DNA of 64,000 nucleotides from Styela clava (Eukaryota): NCBI RefSeq assembly GCF_964204865.1, contig NC_135258.1, positions 9,486,001 to 9,550,000 of the forward strand, read 5' to 3'. Shown piece by piece: positions 28,110 to 40,735 of this stretch (position 1 is its first letter; each line of letters starts with the position of its first letter). The notes under the pieces were generated by a model. It saw only the letters and a program-made list of their open reading frames with translations, ran no database searches and was not told where the DNA came from. The position numbers and the translations under genes were made by a program.

Positions 28110-28367
28110 CTTTCCCGCAGAATCCAGCTAACTTAAATCCAACGGCATTTCTATTCGCAATAATCTTATTTTACTTTGATCTGATATTACAATAAAACGA
28201 AAACGCGGTTATGACGTAACAATTGTCATTAAGAATCTATATTTATAATTCTGACAAACTGACATTAGCTAAAGGTATATTCATTAACAATAAAGTAAGT
28301 ATCATAATGTAGACATAGTGTGAATGGAGCTTAGTACAATGATACCCTTTACATCTCTCTATATAGG

Positions 28368-28880
28368 TAGGCTTACCATACGTCCCGCTTTAGGCGGGAC
28401 AGTCCCGCTTTTCAGAGTTTTGTCCCGCCGTCCCGACAAGTCAGCCAAAAGTCCCGCTTTTGCGTTCAGCCATCCAGAATAATACACGAACATGTTCTCG
28501 TTACTGTTGCTTCTGTGTAGCGCAGCGCTAGCCTACTTACTGAAGGTGAATGCGTTCGTTTCCCACTGATTTCAATTGATGGCAGACGCATCGCATGTAA
28601 AACCAATACTAATTAGTCTAAATTCGAATTATTTGTGCCGGTATCGTTAACGTCAATAATTCCTTTCTATTTTCCGAACTGGACCCGATATTTGGACAGA
28701 GAATATGCGCATGTAATTTCGATAACAATATGGTCAATAAATACAGCCGGGACAGCTCTAAATGTAGGAATGTAGGCCTATGTAGTAAAATCGGAACATG
28801 CGAAGTTACAAAATCACAGCTAAGGGGTCGTTGTCTTTTGAGGCGTCCCGATTTGAAGTCACAAAAATATGGTATCCCTA
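28368..28880 (+). mobile_element. hAT-superfamily MITE with 8-bp target-site duplication
   Basis: Imperfect TIRs TAGGCTTACCATA / TATGGTATCCCTA, sub-terminal GTCCCG repeats, and an exact 8-bp direct repeat TATATAGG at 28360-28367 and 28881-28888. Confidence 0.85.
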
Positions 28881-30148
28881 TATATAGGTGATCTCCCTGC
28901 CTAACTCGGTGGTGACACCGTACTTTAGTAGTTCCTAACTTGTGATTAAATATCCAGAAATTGGCGTGTAGCCTATACCAGTTTAGATGCTCAGTCGAAT
29001 ACATGACACATTTCCCCAGCATATTCTTTTTGAATATGGTAGAACACAAGGATTATTTTTTATTCTCATTAGACATTAGTCGTCGGTGTTTTTTTACATC
29101 AGAATTTGCATGTTTGTTCATCATAATATTGTATAGTTATTTCTGTAATTACACAATGATTCAATTGATGGAAGCAGCCAAATAATTCAACAGACAACTA
29201 AGCATGCTGATACGCAAGATCGCAAGACCCTACGACGCCTGCTCCATCTTTCATTGTATGATCTGAACTACGATTAGGTAAATATCTAACTCAAAGTCTC
29301 CATCTCCATATATTGTATTCACAATTCGAATTTAGAATAAAAATGCCGTTCTAAACTAAATAAACTTCAATAATGGCACAAATATGATTTGGTGACTTCC
29401 ATGATTTTTATATCTGCAAACCTTTGACAATAGGGCAAGAGCCAACGGTATACTTCCTACCAAAGACGTATGAAATTGTACATGTATGCATGATATAGTC
29501 TTTATTATAATTGATATTGAATTAAATGTAACTGAACAAAAAACACATAAACTAGTAAATTGAGAACATATTTAATTCTTTAGAAAAGTGAACATTCCCG
29601 GTAACACAACGAGTATTGTTTTTTTGGTTTTCAAAGTTTCTTCAAATTTTGTGATAGAAGATGAGAAAATTAATTTTCTTATTAAAACACTCATTTTTAT
29701 ACACTCATTAGCATTTTTGTAGGAAGTTTTTGAAAGCTCTCACTCGAAACAAAAATTCAAAATACCTTTGTTCTTGGATAAAATATTGGGCGACCACTAA
29801 TTGCCATAAACTTCTGAAACCATACTTAATTTTGGTGGAAGAATACACACCAGTTTGAAGCTCAGGGTAATCGGCCAAATAGTTAATTGGTTGTGAATTC
29901 TATAAATTTGAATTACTGAAGAAACAAGTATATTGTAAGATCTAAGATAATAGCATATTATGAAGCAATTGACTAACAAAATAATTTCATAAAATATACC
30001 ATTTATTTTGAAATAAAATCAGTACTAATTTTACCCAACGAGCATATTTTAGAAATGAACATAAATAATTACTATAAGAAAAAAATAAGATGAATTGAAT
30101 TTTATTATATCGGTCTTCAGGCAGTACAAGTAGTCGATCCTATGAATC

Positions 30149-33100
30149 TTATCTGAAAAAAAAGAGAATAAATTCTGAAATATATTCGTTTTTAGTACAA
30201 TAATATATAGTGTTGCTTATATATCCATCCACTTATTGCGTAACACTCTTTTTTGTAGTAAGATTAAAATAATAGATTTAAATAGAAAAAAAAACTTACT
30301 TTTCTTCGCCAGCAAGATCAAAAAGTTCAGCCATTCTAAATGGACAAGCAGACATACAGATCGGATCTGCTATTGTGCATGACACGCATCTCAAATCCGA
30401 ATCTGTTATTATTGAAGGAATCAATAAAGTTACTAAAAACTTTTATCTTATGGCTTTAGATTTGCATATTCTTGAACTAATCAAGAAAAGAAATTTTATC
30501 GATAGTGTCTATAAATATATTTTCCATTTCTTTTAAAATAGGTTTTACATTTAAATTGATTCTGTGTGAACACGGAAACAAGAATGAATTGGGATTTCTA
30601 ATTTTTCAATGAAGTTAATTTAGCCCACCGACAGGTTGTTCAACATTGCGTTGCAATTCCTTCATTCTGTACGGACATGCGGATTGGCAAACTGGGTCAG
30701 AGATGGCACACGAGAGGCAGTGACGAGTGATTTGGTCTAAATGACAAGTTGAAGATTCTATCAAATTTTCAATATTTTGAATACAAATTTGTGGCTGTCA
30801 AATCCAAGTATCTGTCGTACATGATATATCAATATTAATTGGGTATTTAGACAATAATATATTTGCATATATTTATCAGTGGCTTTCCTATTATTTTTTA
30901 ATACCATGTCCTGTATTTAGTGGGTAGTGAAATAAAACATGAAGGAATGTAATAAACCGTACTCAGTTCAATGCCAAGACATGCAAAATAATAAAGAATG
31001 GCTTTTAGAAACTAGTTCTATGTGACTAATAAAATTGCAAATAAAAGTATAACACTTCACCATCCGATTGTACGTCTCGTTCCAACTCCGTCATTCTATA
31101 CGGACATGATGCTTGACAAATCGGATCAGCAATTGCACAAGAGAGACATTGACGAGTGAGTTGGTCTGAAAAGTAATAGAATGAGATAGTAGTAGTTTTT
31201 TAAAAGTATTGAGACCGGAAAACAATAATTACATATTTATCAATAAATAGTTGTTAATTTTAGCCAACTTTTTCATGGACAGTTTTCTGATTTCCCTCTT
31301 TTATAATGTAATATGTCCGATTTTCAAAAGATTTGGGTTATACATGATAAACGAACAGAGGGTTGCTCAATATTATTCATATTCAGCATGTAAGATTTTC
31401 GGAAACACCATTAAATGTCGCCGGACCATTATATATTAAATATCTCCGGTGGTCGGCTCAATCATAGTTATTGACAGACATTCAAGCAATATATATTTAT
31501 TTTACCGTCAGATTGAACGTCACGCTCCAACTCCTTCATTCTGTACGGACACGCGGATTGGCAAACTGGATCTGCGATGGCGCATGTGAGACACTGGCGA
31601 GTGAGTTGGTCTGGAATATTGAATGCAAATTTATGTGATCAGATATTTAAAGATTTTATTAGACATTTTGTCGATTTCGACCACTTTTTCACAATGAATG
31701 GGTTATAAAGTTTTATATTGAATTGTTTTATAAATTATCTTAATTTTCATTTCGAATAACACGTCCGATGTTAGTGAATATGGTACCTATTCGATTAAGA
31801 ATAGCTATACATTCAAAAAGTTGTGTTGTCGGAACGTTACATTCTTTGTAAAAAGTAGATGATTTTCTAAAATCAAAGATTAGTTTGAAGTGTAGAAATA
31901 AGCCCTACATTCCTTGCTGTGGAATAAATATCGTTAGATATGTTAGATCTATCATCAAAGAAATCTTAATTTATCCGATTTGGGCAATACTTTGTTGGTA
32001 GTTTTATTTACTTTCAGTATTTTACGTGGAATATTTCTTTTAATTTGAATGATATCTGACTCTTTCACTGCCCCCACTGGGTTTGCATTTGAAAGTCCGC
32101 AGAATAGTTAGGTCGTTCAAAATCTGACTCGATTTTAATTGCATGTCTGCTCCCTAAATAAAATTTAACAATTGAGCTACGTAATTCTGTTAAAAAATAA
32201 TTTTCGATACAACTTTTAAAATCTTTCATAGTTGACATGTAACTAAATTTTAACAATCGAATCTCACCGTCAGATTGTTGCAAGTCGCGTTCCAACTCTT
32301 TCATTCTATACGGACATGATGCTTGACAAATTGGATCAGAAATCGCACAAGAGAGACATTGACGAGTGAGTTGATCTAAAACGGTAATGTATATTACATA
32401 AATTCGTAGGATCCTTAATGTGGAGAATATTCCATTCCAATACCAACTTTATACGATTATAGCTTCTAATATCATTGATGAGATACTAAGTTATCTCATT
32501 TCATAATTTAGATCAATAAATTATTAACCGTTATTATTATTACACGCTACATATTTTAAATACTGATTAACAGCTTACCGTCCGATTTTTGCAGGTCGCG
32601 TTCCAACTCTTTCATTCTATACGGACATGATGCTTGACAAATTGGATCAGAAATGGTACAAGAGAGACATGTACGAGTGAGTTGATCTAAAACAATAATG
32701 TATATTACATAAATTCGTAGGATCCTTTTAATGTGGAGAATATTCCATTCCAATACCAACTTTATACAATTATAGCTTCTAATATTATTGATTAGATGAT
32801 ACTACCTCATCTCATTTCATAATTAAGATCAATAAAATATTACCCGTTACACGCTACATATTTGTGAATACAGGTTAACAGCTTACCGTCCGATTGTTGC
32901 ATGCCGAGTTCCAACTCTTTCATTCTATACGGACATGATGCTTGACAAATTGGGTCCGAGATAGCACAAGAGAGACATTGTCGAGTGAGCTGGTCTAAAG
33001 AAATGACATGATATTCTAACAAAGAATCCTATCAGAAGGCCATTGTTGAATGAGAGATGCATTTCAATTTTTGCATGATATATATCTGATCTAGCAAGTA

Positions 33101-36082
33101 GATTAAAACGTTTTTGATGCGTCAAAATAGATATAGATATATAAAATAGATATAAAATTTCCCATGTATAAAATGAATGTTTTAGTCGTTTTTAGTTGTA
33201 AAATCCATATTTCTAAAATACAAATTAGATTATTAGACAAATGACCAAATAAAAAAGAATGTTGGCACAATTACGGAACCTGGAGGTACACTATTTCGGT
33301 GAAACGAATTGGTAGGTTTTTAGATTATTGGTTTTCGAAGACGAATTCATTTATTTTTCATTCAAATGCTTTGTTTATTAAAACGTTTTTTACTGGGAAA
33401 TGCATACAGCGTATTCAAAACATCCTGAAGTCTTGGGGTGTCTATACATAATGAAAATAAGAATTAATAATATCAAAATGCAGCTATTAATTATAAAATT
33501 TTATTTTACCTGATTCTCGAGAATTTGGAAAAAACTTAGTACAATTTTTCCCCAACATAAATAACATTTTATAACCAATGAAAAACTGAAATTTTTTCGA
33601 GTGACAACAAGTCGTGGATATCCTGCTGCTTACTCGATACATTTTACTAAGCATCAAAGATAAACAAATCCATTCCAGTGTATTGTATACAGCATTTCGA
33701 AAACGTGAAAATTACAACACTTGCTTGGCACATTTCTGCCATTCTGCAAACATAACTCTTCACAGTTGGTATTTTTACCATTGAACATTTAATCGGACTT
33801 CTTTAGCATGATACAAAAACCGTTAAATATCCGTGTTTTTACAAAAAATATTAATACCGCCTATAAGGCTTTGTTACACTCGTTTTGAGATAAAAATCTA
33901 CCATTATATCAGGGTGGTCCAAAGTTGTTGGTATCCAGAATCACAATATTTTTTTGTATTATTCGCTGACCAAACTGATTTTTCTGGGGTGTTTTACGTT
34001 GCACGTCGCCCGCGGTCCTGGGTTTGGACCACGTTGCCCTATGTAATAATAATAATTTATACTGTGTGTCTCCAACAGCAATTTAAGTTAAAGCACCTAT
34101 CAACCACAAAAAAAAACTTTGGTCGAGTACACTATGTTTGAGTTTACTGACAAGAAATATATAGGAATTAATAGCAAAATATAACAGATTACATGCAAAT
34201 TATAGCATTGTAAAAAAGATTGTAAACATAATGTAACACAATATTATGACACAACAATACACAAGTAACTGATATAGTAGGAGTTTTTATACAATATCCG
34301 ATGTTCATTATACATTGATACAGAATTATCAACATCAACACGGAATGATGAGAAATGCAAAAACTGAACAATACATCTAGGACGGACATGAGTAGAAACA
34401 TATAGGATCGTCAATAGCGCAATTCATGCAATTCCGGGCAGAGATTTCTGGAATTAAGAAAATTTCTAATAAAGTAGTCGGAAGGGTAAAGATACCAGGA
34501 TTTATTTAACATCCCAATATAGCCTACATTAAGTTGACATACACATATAACATACAATACTTTAACCCAAAAGGGCAAAACTTGGATGAGCTGTTTTCAG
34601 AAAATGAGGAAAAGGTGTGTTTTGATTTTTAAACTCCTGTAAATATTTATTGAAAATTTTTGGTGAATAATATTTCGAATAAAGATTGAAATATGAATTA
34701 TTTATAAACAACAATTAAATATCAACTTGAAGAGCTTCCATTTCTTTGTAACATTTTCAAATAAACTTTGTTTACAAAATTTCAACTTTAACTTTGTGTC
34801 TCGAAATCCACGAATTGTCTTATTAAAACATGTTTCAGTGGGCATAGGTATATCGATAATTTGAAAACCTAAAACTCATATTAATTGTCGTAACGCGGGT
34901 AGATAAATAGACAATGATATCGAGACCTTGATGGACAAAAATGTTATAATTGTGTATATTCAAAACCAATAGTCAGGAATCGAGCGAAAGCTCACTATCG
35001 CGATATGGTAAATTTAAGTTCGATAACGTCTTATAGTAAATATACTACATTTAATAAAATGGCTTTAATTACATTTGTCAACAGCGTCCCTATCTGTTCT
35101 ACATATATACACTGTAGGTAGTGTAGCTAGAGCCAGGACTCAGCCGAAGAAACCGACTGGGAACCATGGTGCCTGTACCTCGTATAGCATCTCGTTGGAA
35201 GTAAAAAAACTAAATGCCTAATTTTTGTATGCAATAGATTGTTATTGTGCTGACACTTCTGTTCCATTAAAATTACTGTTTTTCTTTCAATATATATTAA
35301 TAAAAAAAAAACCACATGCTCCTGCAAACTCGATATGTAAATTAAAAGAAAGTCGTACCCTTTTCCACTTGTCGTTCATTTCCAGATTTCATTGCCTTCA
35401 TACATATTGTCTCATAGATTGTTGATTCTGGATTGTCTACAAGACAGAGTTCAGCTAACATGTGTTGTGATGCTTTTTTCAGAAGTGTCTTTCCTTCGTC
35501 AGAAAGACCCTTCTATTATAACACAAAAACAAAATTATCAAGTTTAAATATATTCGAAATAAATACAGAATAAGCGGCCTTATTCAAAAATGGAATAGGG
35601 GTATATGCTTATATATTCATTGTTGTATAATGTGGTTGTCTTTTTGTATGATCCATTAACCTTTTGATCAAAATAAATAGTAGAAGATCAAAAGTACATT
35701 TTAAATCACAGAACATTCACTGTTAAGGGATTCTTTTTCTGCACGATTGTGAAGCATTCGCTTCAAGCAAGGAAAATCAGCATTTAAATTATTGAATACA
35801 GATGGGAAATATAATTTAAATATAGCAATAAAAATGTAATTCAATAGAGCGAAATTACTCTGCAACAATTACATACATTGCATTTAAGCGAGATACCTTT
35901 GCAGAGTCCTAATTACAGATAAAACTCCTATGATACTTCTTATGATACATTTTTGAAAAACTTTTTATTATATAAAAATGGTATTTTACGTTCGTTGAGG
36001 TTTCTTGTTTCACACGTGGAAGAAACGCTGCTGATGTTGTGATAACGCACAAACAGAAAACCGCTATAACGGATGAATACAT
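30149..36082 (-). CDS. Secreted multi-copy cysteine-rich peptide precursor (331 aa). Exons 36082-35990, 35512-35359, 32994-32887, 32686-32579, 32375-32268, 31610-31506, 31165-31061, 30736-30629, 30402-30300, 30152-30149
   Basis: Exon 1 encodes a signal peptide (MYSSVIAVFCLCVITTSAA-FLPRVKQETSTN) and exon 2 a pro-region with two Cys. Seven exons follow, each encoding R-(x)-C-x2-C-x6-C-x3-C-P-[YF]-R. All junctions are GT-AG and in frame (996 nt). The stop is followed by AATAAA at 30101-30106. Confidence 0.9.
32268..32994. repeat. Recent tandem exon+intron duplication (units of ~308-311 bp)
   Basis: Introns 32376-32578 and 32687-32886 are near-identical, as are the three flanking 108-nt exons. 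Confidence 0.9.
33910..34036. mobile_element. Small degenerate hAT-type MITE in intron 2 of the peptide-precursor gene
   Basis: Terminal inverted repeats CAGGGTGGTCCAAA / TTTGGACCACGTTG. The target-site duplication is not clearly preserved. Confidence 0.45.
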
Positions 36083-38314
36083 ACTTCACAAACTTTTAGT
36101 TACTCGTATAATTTGAAATACAATGTATCAATTTCTAAATATAAAAACAAAATTGTTGAAAAATATTGATATTGTAGGTTGCTCAGATAAGATCTGTATA
36201 CTTTGAGTAGCCACGTTTGATACTTTATTGTAATATTAGGTACATAAGTTTTCTAGATCTACACAGAGCTCTTTGGGCGCGGATTCGGATTGGTTGTTTG
36301 GGGTCTCCCGAGTACCTTCGTATAAAGAGACTGTTATCCAGATTTACGAAGTCTAAAGAATTATTTAGATAAGATGAAGAGTTATTTGTTCAGAGCAAAA
36401 ATTCCTTACTGCATTCCACTCATGATTCTTTCCTCTTGTAAAAATTATTTTGTTTTTAGCAAGAAACAGCTTTTCTGTTATAATTTATCGACAGAGAAGA
36501 GCCGCGTATATGCTTCTAAGCATATTTTTCTTTTAATATACCCACCTGACCTATCTGATTGTCTACCTGTATCCGACTAAAGTATTGGACATTTATAGGT
36601 AAAATTCGGAAGAAATTTTAATTAATTTTTTCCAATTACCGTCATTCCTACGAATTAATAATATATGTTTCATATCCTTATTTATAAACAGTAAACAGGT
36701 GACATATGTCTAGCAGAAGTCCGTGTACGAGTACGTGTGCAAATAGATTGTTTTCAAGACTGTTTTGTATGCTATGACGTCCATAGTTCTCTAAATATAT
36801 CGCAATACCGTATACAATTAGCTCGCGTTGTTGACTTCTGTCGGGGCAAGCGAGCAAACACTGGTTAGTAAGTTTTACATCAAAAATTCAATAGTCACTT
36901 ATTTCAGTGTAATCCAAAATGTTAATATTGTTTAAAACGTTGTGGATCGGTTATTTGTAATTTTCTTTAATGCGATTATGTCAAATAATTACAACTGGTT
37001 TAATATCAATTTTTATTTTGTACCTTTTTTTCTATTCCATCTGCCTATGTGTCGCCGTTAAAAATACGACAAGACCAGAAAATTATTGACTTGATTGGAA
37101 ATATTGGTTACCAGTTTTACTGAAATGGCTTCAAGTGAGGATTGCCATGATTGTGATCTGGAATTGTTTGTTTCACTGCAAACGTCATGGTAACTATTTA
37201 AAGTGATGAACTGATAAGACTAGAACAAACATTGTATACTTATACATTGTAAGAGTTCATTCTCCATAGATCGAAAGTGAAAAATATAATTTTCTGCCCG
37301 ATCCGAAAACAATATATATCAAAGTGGGTTCGAATTTTGGAGTATTTCAGTAAATTATCATTTTTTAATCCTTTCTAAAAATAACGATTTAGAATCACGA
37401 TTCAGGCAAACCTATTGTTAGCTGATTTCCAGACCTCTCCAATCAAAAAATTTGTATTTTGATTTAAAAGTCTGGATCCCTTATTATTCACAGCAGTCTC
37501 GAATAAGACAAAATGGTCTTTCTTTGAGGGTAAAAATTTCCCTTGCTATGGATGATTCATATTAGCAATATTTAATCAAAAAATTGGGTTTTTTGTCAAT
37601 ATGAAAAATTTCTTAATCAAGAAGGTTATTTCCCATATATTCAATAATGACTCATTTTAATGACTTAGGTAAGCTTCGGAAAATGACGTGAAATGTTACT
37701 GACAACCCAAATGTAAAAATCGTGCAAATAACGATCTCACGGCTCAATTTTTAATTAAAACTTATTTGAATGTTTTATTTTAATAAATTGGAATTATACG
37801 ACCATCTGTCGAAAGTTTGAAGAAATTACACAGTACAAACGCCGGGCATTCGCTTATTGAAATTAGAACAAATGATTAGGGTCCATATGCTATTTATCAC
37901 ATATTCTCATTACTAATTTGTTCGTTAGTTCTTTATTAATTTTGCTAAACTATTTTTTTTCAAATTTGAAACGCCATCATTTCTCTGGAATCGTTATGCC
38001 ATATGCTCATGAGACACTTATTTTGTGACCACAATGCCATTGACCCCCTTTGATCGATTTTCCTTTTTAGTAGAAACTATAATAGAACATCGCATGTCAT
38101 ACCAACAAAATATATCTTTTTCCAATCAAGCCTGATTGATCAAAAACCATTTCAGCGAACTATTTTGAACTGATTACAACATCTTCATAGAAATCCAATA
38201 CAACTGGTGGATAGTATTTCCAAATAAAATATGGATTGTTTATATTCCAACACAAATCATATTATAACTATCAGTTGGGGTTCAGGAGACTAACCGCCTT
38301 TCATTGCTCTAGTC

Positions 38315-40010
38315 CAGGGCTTCCCAAACTTTTAAGCTCGCGGCCCCTTTTAATATATTAAAATTTTTCGCGGCCCTTGTTCACGCTAATAATGCTAAAC
38401 GGTTCAAAATATGCATTTTTTATATTTTATTGACACAGCTAATTCTCAACTTTTAATAGGGCTACTCAATAACAAAAACATCTGTACTCAGATCATTCAA
38501 TGTAATGGGTGCGAATGCTTCTTGCTGCATAGCAAGTTCAGCCGTGGCGCAATGTTTGTTTATGCAGGCCTAATGATAAATTACGATGTCTGCCCACCGA
38601 CCTAGTCCTAATCCGAAATTGTTCACTCTTATTGATTAAACTTAGCATGAAGCAGCGGTTTGCAGCGGCACTAAATCATCAAGAAAAAAAAACTAAGCGC
38701 ACCTCCACTAAAAAAATATGCTGCCGCAAAATAAAACACAAGTTAATATGTACTGTATGCCTTTTAAAGGTTTATAAACATGTAGGCCTAACTCTGCCTA
38801 GCTTTTCTTTAAAATGCCTAAAACTCACTCATGTTCGATAAACTCTGTTCAGCAAACTGCGGCCAACAAAATTGCAGCATTAGGGTTTACCTGTTACGTA
38901 ACAACGTAACAGAAAGTAAATAATATAGAACGGTAAAATGAATTTGATTCATATACACATCATTTGCTGTAATAAGAAACAATAAAACATTTGGAATAAA
39001 TATAATATGTAATATGTTTCGAGGCGCACTGAGCAAATCGCTTTCCGGAACTGCTAGCTTAGCGTTTAAAGCCGGCATTGTTATGCAAGCACGCAAATCG
39101 GGTCAAACTATCAGAATATGCATTGTTATGCAAGCGCGATGATTCTACCGTGTTTCTCCCAAAATAAGTCAAAGCCTGAATTTTAAAAATGATTTCAATT
39201 CAACCGCTCGCCTTGAAAAAAGACTTCGTTGATAGCGCAATTTGTTCATCTAATCCCGTGGAAGTTTCAATTCTGCTAGGACGCAAAATTTCGTGATGGC
39301 GTTATAATAAATAAGTTTAATTCTGAAAATTCGGTTTTCTGTAAATAGCGATTATTTTTCTTTGGTTTGTATTTATATAAAGCAGAGTTTTCTACCATGG
39401 CCCAATAAATGTGATTTCACTGACTGTTGTTAGGTTTTGTTTGTTCGTTTATAAAAAAAACTCATTGCAAAAAAGGTATTATATTGAAATGTATCAATAC
39501 GTACGGAATGTTTCACGGGAAGTCGCAACTTGAGCATATTTCTGGAGGGCGTCACAATACAGTGAAGTTCGAAAACCACTGAGTCCTAGTCGATAGAAAG
39601 AAATCTACTTTTTAAATGGTTAATAATCCATATGTAGCAGGTATTTTAAATGAAAACGTGCTATTAAATTGGCATCATACTTAATCATATTATTCATATA
39701 TTTCGGTATTCATATTTTGTATATTAAAAAATCTCGTTATTCTCTACATCCCCCAAAAATGAGCCCCAGTGTTCGAAAGAAAATTGAAGATAATGTCTTA
39801 TCTTCGGGAAAACATGGTATGATGATGTATATTCACTCGGATTCGTGAAATTATCGTTTTACACTATTTTTAATAATTGTATTTCAAATCAAGAGTGAAG
39901 AAGTGCAATAGATATAGTACTTTGTATAAGAATTGGTGTTCTCTTCGCGGCCCCTAGAATTCGTTTTGCGGCCCCTTCCAGGGCAGCGGCCCCTAGTTTG
40001 GAAATCCTTG
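38315..40010. mobile_element. Non-autonomous hAT (Charlie-type) DNA transposon, ~1.7 kb
   Basis: TIRs CAGGGCTTCCCAAACT / AGTTTGGAAATCCTTG, sub-terminal GCGGCCCC repeats at both ends, and an exact 8-bp TSD CTCTAGTC at 38307-38314 and 40011-40018. No transposase ORF. Confidence 0.88.
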
Positions 40011-40063
40011 CTCTAGTCTAAGTATATCCCTATGATTATATTGAAAGAGATGCTTTAGCAATA

Positions 40064-40735
40064 ACAAGAGAGCTATACTCAAAAAGTGGACACGGAGGGC
40101 AAAACTAAATATTTTATCATCAATTTCCCGAAAATCATAAACGGTAACTTACCAGTAGCCGTTTCGGAAGACGAACAACTCGACTACACAACACGGACAA
40201 CTCGACTATACGGACAAATCTGAGAGATAACTCGACTACCCAGGGTACCGGTACCGGTGCCGGTACAGGTACTGTTGTAGCTTTCCAGGCCCTGTGACGA
40301 TTATCTATTCTTCATGATTCAGTTTCAACGTGAATTGAAATACTAACTGATCCTGATCCGAGTCACTTCTGTGTTACCAGATCAGGTACCGCAGTCTACC
40401 GTTCCCCATAAAAAACTTCCCACTTTCGCAAGACACGCGATCCACCGTCTTCGCAACGAACAGGATCCGCTGATATACGTTCGCGGAAAGCCACAAGGTT
40501 GCAAATTTTGATGACCTCATAGCTCACAAAAAACGAATCTCATACAGCTCACAGAAATATTTGAAATAAATAAAAGTAATGGCCTTCTAGCAAATATTCA
40601 ATCTTTAACCACTGAAAATTTCAAAGCAATTGGTCCAGTAGTTGAAGTGATTTTTTTATAACGAGAGAAAGTATCCCAAAGAACAAGAACAGCATAATAA
40701 CAAAACGATCCATAGGTCCACTACATGTCCAATAA
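40064..40735 (+). mobile_element. Family A (HINE-like) element
   Basis: Runs ACAAGAGAGCTATACTCAAAAAGTGGACAC ... AAACGATCCATAGGTCCACTACATGTCCAATAA. Internally it has GGTACC repeats and CAACTCGACTA x3. Confidence 0.7.

Noticed and set aside
30300-32994. The C-x2-C...C-x3-C-P repeats resemble 4Fe-4S ferredoxin-type motifs
   Set aside because: A signal peptide and Arg-flanked cores point to an oxidised, secreted disulfide peptide, and the spacing and context do not fit a ferredoxin fold. Metal binding is not fully excluded.
30600-33000. Regularly spaced repeats with variable spacers, superficially CRISPR-like
   Set aside because: The repeats are 105-108-nt coding exons bounded by AG/GT in eukaryotic DNA, and there are no cas genes.
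33655-33790. Minus-strand Cys-containing mini-ORF (MFNGKNTNCEELCLQNGRNVPSKCC...) inside intron 2 of the precursor gene
   Set aside because: No convincing phase-compatible splice sites and no similarity to the repeat. Exon 2 joins the first repeat exon in frame without it.
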